Source: Gemmatimonadota bacterium (lineage in GTDB: Bacteria > Gemmatimonadota > Gemmatimonadetes > Gemmatimonadales > GWC2-71-9). Taken from it: 64,000 bases of DNA. Both the position numbers and the translations under genes were made by a program. Below are positions 1-8,194 of this stretch, piece by piece. The DNA lies in contig JBGPLG010000007.1 in NCBI GenBank assembly GCA_041486305.1, positions 12,801 through 76,800 of the forward strand, written 5' to 3'. The notes beneath the pieces are model-generated. The model saw nothing but the letters and a program-made list of their open reading frames with translations, was not told where the DNA came from and searched no databases. The stretch's first letter is position 1. Every line of letters begins with the position of its first letter.

Positions 1-897
1 AGCGCGGCCGCCCTGATCAGCGAATTCCCGCCGGTAGTCCGCGACTCCCAGGATCTGCAGCGTCCCGAAGTCGGCTGGGGCCGGCAGCACGCCCACGATG
101 GTGAACCGATCCTCGTTGATTCGAATGGAGGATCCGACCGCGGCCGGACTTCGCGCGAAGCGCTCGGCCCACATCGCTTCGCTGATGAGCGCGACGTGCG
201 GCCCGCCCGGCAGGTCCTGGTCGACGGTGAACGTGGTCCCGGCGAGGGGCCGGATGCCCACCATCGGAAGAAACTCGTGACTCACCCAGAGGCCGGGCAC
301 CCGGACCGCGTCGCCGGCGTCGAATGCCAGGGTCACCGTGATGGGAGAGAAGGCCGCCAGCTGCTCGAACCGCTTGCTCCGCTCCTTGAAGTCGAAGTAG
401 TCGGGGATCGATGCGGGCTCCCGCAGGGTCCCGCTCTTGCGGTCGGTCTCCCAGACCATCGCAAGCCGGCCCATGTCACGGAAGGGAGCCGGTCGAAGCA
501 GCACCCCGTCCACGACGCTGAAGATCGCGGTGTTGGCTCCGATACCGAGGCCGAGGGTGAGCACGACCGCCATGGTGAACCCCGGGGTTCGGGCCAGGGA
601 TCGGATCGCGTGGCGGAATTCGGCGAGGAGATCGCGCATGGTCAACCGGGAGTGAGCGGTGAGAGGTTGGGTGACGCCGTGGTCCGCCCGGGCGTCGAGG
701 TGCTGGGCCACGGCGCCCCGCAGCAGGTCCGCCAGCAGCCGGAAGCGGGGCGGCACGGCGGCCAGGCCGCTGCCCGCGCCCCGCCATGCATCGACAAAGA
801 CCTGCAAGACATCGGCGCCGAATTCCCGGCGGAACTCCGCCGGGTAGAGCCCGAGCAGCAGTCGCGCGAGCCACCTCGGCGCGGTCCGGGTGGACAT
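1..897 (-). CDS. ADOP-family (FtsX/MacB-like) orphan permease, N-terminal part; 3' end runs off the window
   Basis: Absent from the ORF track because it is truncated. Minus-strand translation from ATG at 897 gives MSTRTAPRWLARLLLGLYPAEFRREF...HAIRSLARTPGFTMAVVLTLGLGIGANTAIFSVVDGVLLRP. I checked every in-frame triplet down to nt 1 and found no stop. The segment is paralogous to the N-terminus of the 1373..3787 permease. Its ATG overlaps the PadR stop (ATGA). Confidence 0.8.
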   Translation of the reverse strand, partial: MSTRTAPRWLARLLLGLYPAEFRREFGADVLQVFVDAWRGAGSGLAAVPPRFRLLADLLRGAVAQHLDARADHGVTQPLTAHSRLTMRDLLAEFRHAIRSLARTPGFTMAVVLTLGLGIGANTAIFSVVDGVLLRPAPFRDMGRLAMVWETDRKSGTLREPASIPDYFDFKERSKRFEQLAAFSPITVTLAFDAGDAVRVPGLWVSHEFLPMVGIRPLAGTTFTVDQDLPGGPHVALISEAMWAERFARSPAAVGSSIRINEDRFTIVGVLPAPADFGTLQILGVADYRREFADQGGRA

Positions 898-1259
898 CAC
901 GCCGGCCTCGGCCGGGGCAGCACCCGCTTCGACCGGGCCAGCTGCACCAGGCTGGCATGCCGCGCGGCTTCGGCCGCCAGAGCTCGGCGACCCAGCGCCG
1001 TGAGCCGGTAGTAGCGCCGGCGCTGGTCGTCGAGGTCCGGGTCCGGCCGCCGGGTACTCCCTTCCACCAGCCCCAGCGCCAGCAGGCGCTTGAGCGCACC
1101 GTACAGGGTGCCCGGCCCCAACCGGATGCTCCCGCCACTCTCCGCCGCCACGTCCTGCATGAGGGCATACCCGTGGCGCTCCTGGTTGGTGAGCGCCAGC
1201 AGGAGGTGGAACCAGACCGGCGGGAGCGGCAGGAGGCGGGCGAGGAAAGCGTCGGACAT
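897..1259 (-). CDS. PadR-family transcriptional regulator
   Basis: 120 aa with the winged-helix PadR signature LLLALTNQERHGYALMQDV...GPGTLYGALKRLLALGLVE...RRRYYRLTALG. It sits directly upstream of a permease, as is typical for PadR/ADOP pairs. Confidence 0.9.
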   Translation of the reverse strand: MSDAFLARLLPLPPVWFHLLLALTNQERHGYALMQDVAAESGGSIRLGPGTLYGALKRLLALGLVEGSTRRPDPDLDDQRRRYYRLTALGRRALAAEAARHASLVQLARSKRVLPRPRPA

Positions 1260-1289
1260 GGGGCTCCCGGGTGATCGGTCGGCGGCCAG

Positions 1290-1308
1290 TATATCGTACG
1301 CCGATATA
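1290..1308. promoter_or_regulatory. Perfect 7-5-7 inverted repeat TATATCG-tacgc-CGATATA, candidate PadR operator
   Basis: Read directly from the sequence. It is an AT-rich palindrome in a GC-rich intergenic region, about 30-50 nt upstream of the padR start codon (1259, minus strand). Confidence 0.4.
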
Positions 1309-1372
1309 GTAGCGGAGTTTCAACTCCGGCGCGAGGCCCCGGGGCGTCGGCCCGTTGACCGTTCGCTACTCG

Positions 1373-3787
1373 CTACTCGCTGCGCAACGCGACGATCGGG
1401 TCGACCCGCATGGCTCTCCGGGCCGGGATCAACGAAGCCAGGAGCGCCACCCCGATGAGCCCGAGGGACACGACCCCGTACACCACCGGGTCGGCCGCGC
1501 GGGTCTGGAACAGCTGGGTCGACATGACCGTGCCCAGGGCCAGCGCCCCGCCGACGCCGAGGGCAATTCCGACCCCCGCCATCGCCAGGCCCCGGTTGAG
1601 CACCAGCCGCAGGACGCTGCCCGTTTCGGCGCCGAGCGCCATCCGGATTCCCAATTCCCGGGTCTGCTGCGCCACGGTGTAGGACATCACGCCGTAGATC
1701 CCCACCGCCGCCAGCGTGGCCGCGACCGCCGCGAAGAGGCCGAGGAGCAGGGAAAGGAACCTCGGCTGTGACGACGAGCCCGCCAGCCGCTCCGCCATCG
1801 CCCTGACGTCGTAGATCGGCTGCTGGGGATCGACGGTGAGGACCAGCTTCCGGATGATCGGCACCAAGGCGAGCGGATCGCCCTTGGCCTTCACGGCGAA
1901 ACCGAGCTGGGTGAACGCCGCCTGGGCGACCGGCTGGTAGAGCTGGGTATGCTCGTCGTCCTTCGGGCTGTTCTGCATCACATGGCCCACCACGCCGACC
2001 ACCTCGAGCCAGCGGGGATTCTCGGCGTTCCCGTACCCGAGCCGCTTGCCGATCGGATCCTGCCCCTTCCAGTACTTGTTGGCGAGTACCTCGTCGACCA
2101 CGGCTACCATCCGCCCCTTGGCCACGTCGCTCTCGTCGAATTCGCGGCCCCGCTTGATCGGAATGCCCATCGCTGTGAAGTACCCGGGCGTGACGGTGCG
2201 GAAGTCGCCCCAGGGACCGTTGGCCTTGGGAGGCGGGGTATAACCCTCGACCCGGAAACTGCGGGTCCAGTTGTTGTTGGTCATCGGGAGCGAGACGTTG
2301 CCGCCCACCGACACGACGCCGGGCAGCGCCGCGATTTCGTGGCGGAGCCGGTCGAAGAAGGCCACCTGCTGCTGGTCGGTGGTGTATTTCGACTGGGGCA
2401 GTGAGACACCGAAGGTCAGCACCCGCTCCGGATCGAACCCGGGGTCGACCGACACCCAGTGGCGGAAGCTCTTCATCATGAGGCCGGCGCCGACCAGCAG
2501 CATGATGGCCAGGGCCACTTCCGAGACCACCAGCGTGGCGCGGAGCCGTCCGCCGCCATGGGTGCTGCGGACCCCATCCTTGAGCATTCCGGTGAGGGCC
2601 GGCCGCGCCGCCTGGAGCGCGGGGACCAGGCCGAACAGCAGCCCGAGGCCCAGCGTGATGCCACCGGTGAAGAACAGCACCGTGGCGTCGAGGCCGACCG
2701 CGTCCATCCGGGGCAGGTTGATCGGGTTACTGGCCACCAGCCCACGCACCGCGGCGTAGGCCAGGAGCAGCCCTCCGGCTCCGCCGATCACTGAGAGCAG
2801 GACGCTTTCGGTCAGGAGCTGCCGGGCCAGCCTCCAGCGCCCCGCACCCATCGCGGTCCGGATGGCGATTTCCCGTTGCCGCGACGTGGCCCGGGCCAGC
2901 AGCAGATTGGCGAGATTGGCGCAGGCGATCAGCAGGACGAACCCGACAGCGCCCATGAGCACCAGAAGCGCGGGCCGCACGTTGCCGACCACCTGGTCGG
3001 TGGCGGCCTTGGAGTAGAGTCCCCAATCGGAGTCCCGCCCGGCGCCCCGGTTCTCGCGGACCTGCGCCGCCATGCGATCGAGGTCCTTCTGCGCGACCTC
3101 TATGGAGATGCCGGGCTTGAGCCGCGCCACCATCCCAAGGAACTCGCAGCCCCAGCAGTTGGGGTCCACCTGGTCCGGGGTGAGGGCGAGCGGCTTCCAC
3201 ACCGCGATCGGGTCAGTGCCGAACTGGAACCCATTGGGCATGATCCCCACGACCTGGTGGGCCTCCCCATTGACCACCAGCGTCTTGCCGATGATGGCCG
3301 GGTCCCGCGCAAAGTCCCGAATCCAGAGACCCTCGCTGAGCACCAGGACCTTGTCGGCCCCGACCTGCTCCTCGTCGGCGGTGAATCCCCGTCCCAGCAC
3401 CGGGGCGATGCCGAGGGCCGGGAAATACTCCGAGGCCACCTGTTGCCCCACCAGGCGCTCCGGCTCGGCTCCATTGGCCAGGTTGGCTTCCCAGCCGGTG
3501 AACGCCGCGGCCTTCTCGAAGACCCGGTTCTGTTCGTGGTAGAATCTGAATCCCGCGCCGGACACGCCGGCGTCGAGATTGATCGACTTGTATCGGTGCC
3601 CCACCAGGATGACCCGTTCCGGCTCGCCCAGCGGCAAGGGCCGCAGCAGCACCCCGTTCACCACGCTGAAGATGGCGGTGTTGGCCCCGACCCCGAGCGC
3701 CACCGTGAGCAACGCCGTGAGGGTGAATCCGGGTGACTTGCGAAAACTGCGGAGCGCGTACCGGAGGTCCCGAAACAGCGTCGTCAT
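1373..3787 (-). CDS. ADOP-family duplicated permease (MacB-like periplasmic domain plus FtsX, two copies)
   Basis: 804 aa. The N-terminus reads LRYALRSFRKSPGFTLTALLTVALGVGANTAIFSVVNGVLLRPLP. A second FtsX half follows (LIACANLANLLLARATSRQREIAIRTAMGA), and the C-terminal half has QQTRELGIRMALGA. No ABC ATPase gene is adjacent. Confidence 0.9.
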   Translation of the reverse strand: MTTLFRDLRYALRSFRKSPGFTLTALLTVALGVGANTAIFSVVNGVLLRPLPLGEPERVILVGHRYKSINLDAGVSGAGFRFYHEQNRVFEKAAAFTGWEANLANGAEPERLVGQQVASEYFPALGIAPVLGRGFTADEEQVGADKVLVLSEGLWIRDFARDPAIIGKTLVVNGEAHQVVGIMPNGFQFGTDPIAVWKPLALTPDQVDPNCWGCEFLGMVARLKPGISIEVAQKDLDRMAAQVRENRGAGRDSDWGLYSKAATDQVVGNVRPALLVLMGAVGFVLLIACANLANLLLARATSRQREIAIRTAMGAGRWRLARQLLTESVLLSVIGGAGGLLLAYAAVRGLVASNPINLPRMDAVGLDATVLFFTGGITLGLGLLFGLVPALQAARPALTGMLKDGVRSTHGGGRLRATLVVSEVALAIMLLVGAGLMMKSFRHWVSVDPGFDPERVLTFGVSLPQSKYTTDQQQVAFFDRLRHEIAALPGVVSVGGNVSLPMTNNNWTRSFRVEGYTPPPKANGPWGDFRTVTPGYFTAMGIPIKRGREFDESDVAKGRMVAVVDEVLANKYWKGQDPIGKRLGYGNAENPRWLEVVGVVGHVMQNSPKDDEHTQLYQPVAQAAFTQLGFAVKAKGDPLALVPIIRKLVLTVDPQQPIYDVRAMAERLAGSSSQPRFLSLLLGLFAAVAATLAAVGIYGVMSYTVAQQTRELGIRMALGAETGSVLRLVLNRGLAMAGVGIALGVGGALALGTVMSTQLFQTRAADPVVYGVVSLGLIGVALLASLIPARRAMRVDPIVALRSE

Positions 3788-3796
3788 GGTGGCTCC

Positions 3797-4672
3797 TCAG
3801 TGGCTGCCGATGGAGATCCTGATGTTTCCGGAGAGCGATTCCAGGTCGAGGTGGGCCGACCCGCTGCCCCAGGTGGCGTTGTACCGATGGCGGTTGCGCC
3901 GCCGTTCGTCCTGGGTAGTCGGAAGATCCGACGAAAACCGGCCCGAGAACGTTGCCGCCGACAGCCTGGCGTCGGGCGGTTCCGGCAGGGTCAGGTCGAT
4001 ATTGCCGCTGGTTGTGGCGAACTCGTAGGACCCATCCTTCAGGATCGGCCCCCGGAACGTCACCTCGCCGCTGATGGTGTGGCCGTACACCTCCGGAGCC
4101 CGGCCGTCGAGCAACTCCACGTCGCCGCTCACCGTTTCGAGGCTGATGCTCGGACCGGTGCCTCCGGTCAGCCGCACATCGCCGGACACGCTCCGCAGGT
4201 CGAGGTCACCGGTGAGACCCTCGGCCAGCACATCGCCGCTCACGGTGCCGATCCGGAGCAGCAGCCCGGCCGGGACCTTGACGGTGAGGTTCACCTCGGT
4301 GTCGTTGCGGTCGCTGTTGCCGCTCCAGCAGCAATCGCCGTCCGAGCTGCACGGCTCCTTCGAGAGGCTGTCGGAGTGGTGCCGGTGGCCCGAATGCTGA
4401 GGATAGCGGATGCAGAGGGCGACGCCGTTGTCCAGCTCGACCACTTCCATGGTGACGTCCTCGGGGTCGCCGTAGCGGCGCTTGATCCTGACCCCGGCAA
4501 CCTCGACGCTGCGTCCCGAGGTCCCCACGACCTTGATGTCGCCGATGATGTTCTGGACGACGAGCCGCTTTCCCGAGGGGAGGTCGCGGCGGAAATCGAG
4601 GCTGGTTCCCTGCTGCGCGGCGAGGGCGGGCGCCAGGAACATGGCGCCGAGCGCGAGTGAGGGCACGCGCAT
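3797..4672 (-). CDS. DUF4097-type (putative adhesin / beta-helix) exported protein with a His/Cys-rich insertion
   Basis: 291 aa with a signal peptide (MRVPSLALGAMFLAPALAAQ). Repeated SGDV/SGNI strands (VSGDVLAEG, VSGDVRLTG, VSGDVELLD, ISGEVTF, TSGNIDL, LSGNIRI) are typical of DUF4097. Confidence 0.8.
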   Translation of the reverse strand: MRVPSLALGAMFLAPALAAQQGTSLDFRRDLPSGKRLVVQNIIGDIKVVGTSGRSVEVAGVRIKRRYGDPEDVTMEVVELDNGVALCIRYPQHSGHRHHSDSLSKEPCSSDGDCCWSGNSDRNDTEVNLTVKVPAGLLLRIGTVSGDVLAEGLTGDLDLRSVSGDVRLTGGTGPSISLETVSGDVELLDGRAPEVYGHTISGEVTFRGPILKDGSYEFATTSGNIDLTLPEPPDARLSAATFSGRFSSDLPTTQDERRRNRHRYNATWGSGSAHLDLESLSGNIRISIGSH

Positions 4673-4675
4673 GGC

Positions 4676-5635
4676 TCAGTACTCCCCGTGGATGTCGTCG
4701 TCGCCGTCCTGTTCCGGCTTGACCTTGTGCTTGATGCGCTCCCGCTCGATCCGCCGCTGGAGCATCCGGTCCAGCCGGCCCGCGATCTCCGCCGGACGGA
4801 GCAGCGAGATCGTGCCGCTGAACGACTCGAGCTCCACCGTGGCGCTGCCGGTGCCCAGGCGGAAGGTCTGTCGCCGCCGGCTGGGACGCTCCGAGGCGGG
4901 CAAGTCGAAGCTGGCCCGCACCTCGCCGGACCCGATCGCGGTCGCGATCGTGGCGTTGGTGGTCTCCGGTACCGAGAACAGGATCTCGCCGCTGTGGGTG
5001 AGCAGGGAGTAGTGGCCGCCGTCCACCACCTTGCCATCGTAGATCAGTTCGCCGCTCACCGTCTGGATTTCCACCGACTTGGCGTCGGAGCGCGCAAGGG
5101 TGATGCTGCCGCTCACCGTCTCGGCAACGATGTCGCCCTGGAGCTCGGCGGCTTCGATGTCGTCGCTGACGGTGTTGAGCTCGATCCGCCCCCTGGCGCC
5201 GGTCACCATGATCTTGCCCTGAACCGAAGTGAGCTTGACGCTCTCCGCGCCGCCTTCCACGGTGATGTCGCCGTCGAGGGTTTCCACCGAGATCGGCGCC
5301 CGAGTGCCTTTGACGGAAACCGTGGCGTACATGCCCTCGAGGCTCAGCGCCATCCAGGCCGGCACCGTCAGCTCGTAGTCCACCATGTTGGAGGGGCCGC
5401 GGTCGGCCTCGGCCTCGAGCGAGAGCACCGCGCCGCCCAGGTTGATCGTCACGTGGGTGCGGCGCGAGTGACTCGCCTGGACCCGGACCTGATTCTTGTC
5501 CCAGGTCTTCACGATGATGTCACCGCCCTGGTTCTCCACCTGCAGGCGAGTACCCTGGCTGACGTTGACCGTCGTGTCGGTCTGGAACCCCTGAGAAGCC
5601 TGAAGGGCCAGCAGGGCGAGCAGTGGAAGCATCAT
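4676..5635 (-). CDS. DUF4097-type exported protein (paralog of the previous gene)
   Basis: The ORF track extends to 5719, but the signal peptide begins at the MM codons at 5635/5632 (MMLPLLALLALQASQG). Repeats: LDGDITVEG, VQGKIMVTG, VSDDIEAAE, VSGSITLAR, VSGELIYDG, FSGTISL. Confidence 0.8.
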   Translation of the reverse strand: MMLPLLALLALQASQGFQTDTTVNVSQGTRLQVENQGGDIIVKTWDKNQVRVQASHSRRTHVTINLGGAVLSLEAEADRGPSNMVDYELTVPAWMALSLEGMYATVSVKGTRAPISVETLDGDITVEGGAESVKLTSVQGKIMVTGARGRIELNTVSDDIEAAELQGDIVAETVSGSITLARSDAKSVEIQTVSGELIYDGKVVDGGHYSLLTHSGEILFSVPETTNATIATAIGSGEVRASFDLPASERPSRRRQTFRLGTGSATVELESFSGTISLLRPAEIAGRLDRMLQRRIERERIKHKVKPEQDGDDDIHGEY

Positions 5636-5648
5636 GGAACGCTCCTGA

Positions 5649-6356
5649 TCAGGTTCTCGCAGCGATCGCGTTGGTCGCGGTGCGCAGCAGGTTGAGCTTG
5701 CGCCGCATGTTCGCGGCAATCTGACGATTCAGATACCCGTTGGAGGGATCCCGTTGGATCGCCGCCCTCGCTTCGGCAATGGCCGCGTCGATCTTGCGGA
5801 GACTCTCCTCGACCGACCGCACGGTCGCCGTGTCCAGGCGGGTGCGGCCGGCCTCCAGCACCCGCTCCAGATCGCGCACCGCCGAGTCGTAGTCCCGCTC
5901 GGCGAACGCGGCATTACTCGAGCCGCCCGATACCGAGGAATCGGGGGTGATCGGACGGGTGGCGACCGGCGCCTGGGCCAGCGAGGGCGGCCGATCCGAG
6001 GCGCCGGACGAGAGCGCCAGATACACCGCCGCCCCGCCGACCGCCGCCATCACGATCGATGCCGCGATCAGCTCGCGCCAGCCGAACCGGCCGGCCGGCG
6101 GACGCGCGGACCGGCGGGCGGTCCCGATTGAAATGATCTCGGCCTCGTCGAGACGGGATTCGATCTCGGGCCAGAGATCCCGAGACGGAGCCCGGCCGGC
6201 GTGATCGGGCGCCGCGGCCACGATGGCGCGGAGATCGTCGAGCAACGCGGCGCATTCGGCGCAGCCCGCGAGATGGGCCGTCAGCTTCGCGCGAGCGCCG
6301 CTGTCGAGCTCGTCATCGAGATAGGCCGAAAGCTGACTGGTGTAGTGATCGGACAT
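5649..6356 (-). CDS. Anti-sigma factor (zf-HC2 type), single-pass membrane protein
   Basis: MSDHYTSQLSAYLDDELDSGARAKLTAHLAGCAECAALLDDL carries the H-x3-C-x2-C motif. One TM segment follows (LIAASIVMAAVGGAAVYLAL). Located immediately downstream of the ECF sigma gene. Confidence 0.8.
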   Translation of the reverse strand: MSDHYTSQLSAYLDDELDSGARAKLTAHLAGCAECAALLDDLRAIVAAAPDHAGRAPSRDLWPEIESRLDEAEIISIGTARRSARPPAGRFGWRELIAASIVMAAVGGAAVYLALSSGASDRPPSLAQAPVATRPITPDSSVSGGSSNAAFAERDYDSAVRDLERVLEAGRTRLDTATVRSVEESLRKIDAAIAEARAAIQRDPSNGYLNRQIAANMRRKLNLLRTATNAIAART

Positions 6357-6370
6357 GTTCAGATTCCGTT

Positions 6371-6904
6371 TCAATTGGCCAGCTGCTGCCGCAGCAGCAA
6401 CCGGGCCCGGTGGAGCTGGGATCGCGAGGTGCCGGGATCGACCTCCAGCATCCGCGCGATTTCTTCGTGCTTGTACCCCTCCATATCGTGGAGGACGAAC
6501 ACTTCCCGTGCGCCGGCCGGGAGCTTTTCGACGGCGCCCTCGATGGCCACCCTGAGGTCGGGCCGCTCCGACACGCCCGTGGCCGACACCATCGCCACTT
6601 CGTCGGACACCTGACGCTTGCGATCCTGGCTCGAGGTCTGGCGCCGGCGAAGAAAGAGGTTCACCGCTACCCGATGGAGCCAGGTGCCGAACGCCGACTG
6701 GCCGGCGAAGGTGTGGAGCTTTTGCCAGACCCTGATGAAGACCTCCTGCACGGCGTCCTCCGCGTCCCCCGGATCGAGAAGCCAGCGCGCCAGGCTGTTG
6801 ACCCGCGCCACGTGGCGCCGGTACAGCCGCTCGAAGGCGGCATGATCCCCCTTGGCGGCCAGGGTCACATCATGCCGGTCGAGATCGGCGGCGGTCACGG
6901 CCAA
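6371..6904 (-). CDS. ECF-type RNA polymerase sigma-70 factor
   Basis: 177 aa. Region 2 reads AFERLYRRHVARVNSLARWLL...DAEDAVQEVFIRVW. Region 4 reads LPAGAREVFVLHDMEGYKHEEIARMLEVDPGTSRSQLHRAR. Confidence 0.9.
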   Translation of the reverse strand: MAVTAADLDRHDVTLAAKGDHAAFERLYRRHVARVNSLARWLLDPGDAEDAVQEVFIRVWQKLHTFAGQSAFGTWLHRVAVNLFLRRRQTSSQDRKRQVSDEVAMVSATGVSERPDLRVAIEGAVEKLPAGAREVFVLHDMEGYKHEEIARMLEVDPGTSRSQLHRARLLLRQQLAN

Positions 6905-7033
6905 TTGAGCCTGCAGTGGACTCCCTCCGGTGACGGCGCCGCTGATCTATCGAACGCAGCATTGGACACTTGCGAGCGTTCGGGCGTTGGAACGTCGCCT
7001 TGGCCACCTAAATAAGGATGCAGGCCGGCAGGA

Positions 7034-7062
7034 TTGACTCTGTAGTATCTCAATGATATCAT
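7034..7062 (+). promoter_or_regulatory. Sigma-70-like promoter TTGACT-N17-TATCAT for the SPFH gene
   Basis: TTGACT lies at 7034-7039, followed by a 17-nt spacer and TATCAT at 7057-7062. A GGAG motif at 7081-7084 lies 8 nt before the ATG at 7093. The local stretch is AT-rich and contains the palindrome TGATATCA. Confidence 0.4.
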
Positions 7063-7092
7063 ATAGGTATCACACCAACGGAGCTTCGCATC

Positions 7093-7962
7093 ATGATCCG
7101 CGAGAAGGTCATTCGCCCGCTGCCCGGCCTGCCAATGGTCCTGCTGGTTCTCGGGATCGCGGCGCTCAACACCTGGCAGTTCATCAATTCGGCCCAGGGC
7201 AACAGCCCTCGCGGCATCGTCTTCGGGATGCTGGCGTTCCTGCTCCTCGCGATCGCGCTCGGCGGCTTCATGCAGGTCCAGCCCAACGAGGCGAAGGTCC
7301 TGACCCTGTTCGGGAAATACTCCGGCTCGGTCAAGGAATCCGGGTTCTGGTGGGTGAACCCGTTCACCAAGAAGAGCCGGATTTCTCTCCGGACCCGCAA
7401 CTTCGAAACCGCCAAGCTCAAGGTGAACGATGCGCACGGGAACCCGATCGAGATCGGGTCGATCGTGGTCTGGCGCGTGGTCGACACCGCCGAGGCGATG
7501 TTCGAGGTCGACGACTACGAGCACTACGTCAAGGTCCAGAGCGAGTCCGCGGTCCGGGGTCTCGCGTCGAGCTACCCCTACGATGCCCACAACACCGGCG
7601 AGGCGGCGCTCTCGAGCCACGCGACCGAAGTGGCCGCCAACCTCATGGCGCAGGTGCAGGAACGGCTGGGCAAGGCCGGCGTCCAGGTGCTCGAGGCCCG
7701 GATCTCCCACCTCGCCTACGCCCAGGAGATCGCCCACGCCATGCTGCAGCGCCAGCAGGCCGGGGCCATCATCGCGGCGCGCTACAAGATCGTGGAGGGC
7801 GCGGTGGGCATGGTGGAAAACGCGCTCGAGCTGCTGGCCCAGAAGAACATCCTTCATCTGGACGATGAGCGGAAGGCCGCGATGGTCTCCAACCTGCTCG
7901 TGGTGCTCTGTGGGGATCGGAGCACCCAGCCGGTGGTGAACACGGGCACGCTTTACACCTGA
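7093..7962 (+). CDS. SPFH/band-7 domain membrane protein
   Basis: 289 aa. Two N-terminal TM segments are followed by an SPFH-like core (VQPNEAKVLTLFGKY...LKVNDAHGNPIEIGSIVVWRVVDTAEAMFEV...QVLEARISHLAYAQEIAHAMLQRQQA). Confidence 0.85.
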   Translation: MIREKVIRPLPGLPMVLLVLGIAALNTWQFINSAQGNSPRGIVFGMLAFLLLAIALGGFMQVQPNEAKVLTLFGKYSGSVKESGFWWVNPFTKKSRISLRTRNFETAKLKVNDAHGNPIEIGSIVVWRVVDTAEAMFEVDDYEHYVKVQSESAVRGLASSYPYDAHNTGEAALSSHATEVAANLMAQVQERLGKAGVQVLEARISHLAYAQEIAHAMLQRQQAGAIIAARYKIVEGAVGMVENALELLAQKNILHLDDERKAAMVSNLLVVLCGDRSTQPVVNTGTLYT

Positions 7963-8141
7963 TGGAACGCAAAGCCTTCCTGCTTCGTCTCGACCCGGCG
8001 CTGCACGATGTCCTGCAGCGCTGGGCCGCGGCGGATCTGCGTTCGCTCAACGCCCAGATCGAATTCGTCCTGCGCCGTGCGGCCCGGGAGGCGGGCCGGC
8101 TGGAGCCGGGATCGCCGCCGGAGGCCTCCCCCCTTCCCTAG
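7962..8141 (+). CDS. Small ribbon-helix-helix (Arc/MetJ-like) DNA-binding protein, 59 aa
   Basis: Below the ORF-track length cutoff; I translated it myself. Sequence: MERKAFLLRLDPALHDVLQRWAAADLRSLNAQIEFVLRRAAREAGRLEPGSPPEASPLP, ending in TAG. The pattern K-x-F-x-L-R-L...RSLNAQIE is the RHH beta-strand plus two helices. Its ATG shares one nt with the SPFH stop (TGATG). Confidence 0.6.
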   Translation: MERKAFLLRLDPALHDVLQRWAAADLRSLNAQIEFVLRRAAREAGRLEPGSPPEASPLP

Positions 8142-8194
8142 CCTTCCGCAACGTGCTTTCGTGAGGGGTCGGTCCAACCGAAGGAGCCCCGCTC

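Noticed and set aside
476-1168. 230-aa minus-strand ORF overlapping padR and the left-edge permease in another frame.
   Set aside because: The composition is low-complexity and Arg/Pro/Gly-rich. The PadR and permease frames carry the conserved motifs.
1364-1381. Tandem direct repeat CGCTACT-CGCTACT-CGCT.
   Set aside because: It straddles the stop codon and last codons of the 1373..3787 permease. It has only two and a half copies, with no evidence of function.
6951-6982. Inverted repeat CGAACGC-N18-GCGTTCG upstream of the ECF sigma gene, and attempts to find a GGAAC-N16-CGT ECF promoter there.
   Set aside because: The arms are short and the loop is long. I could not place -35/-10 ECF elements with correct spacing, so no promoter claim is made.
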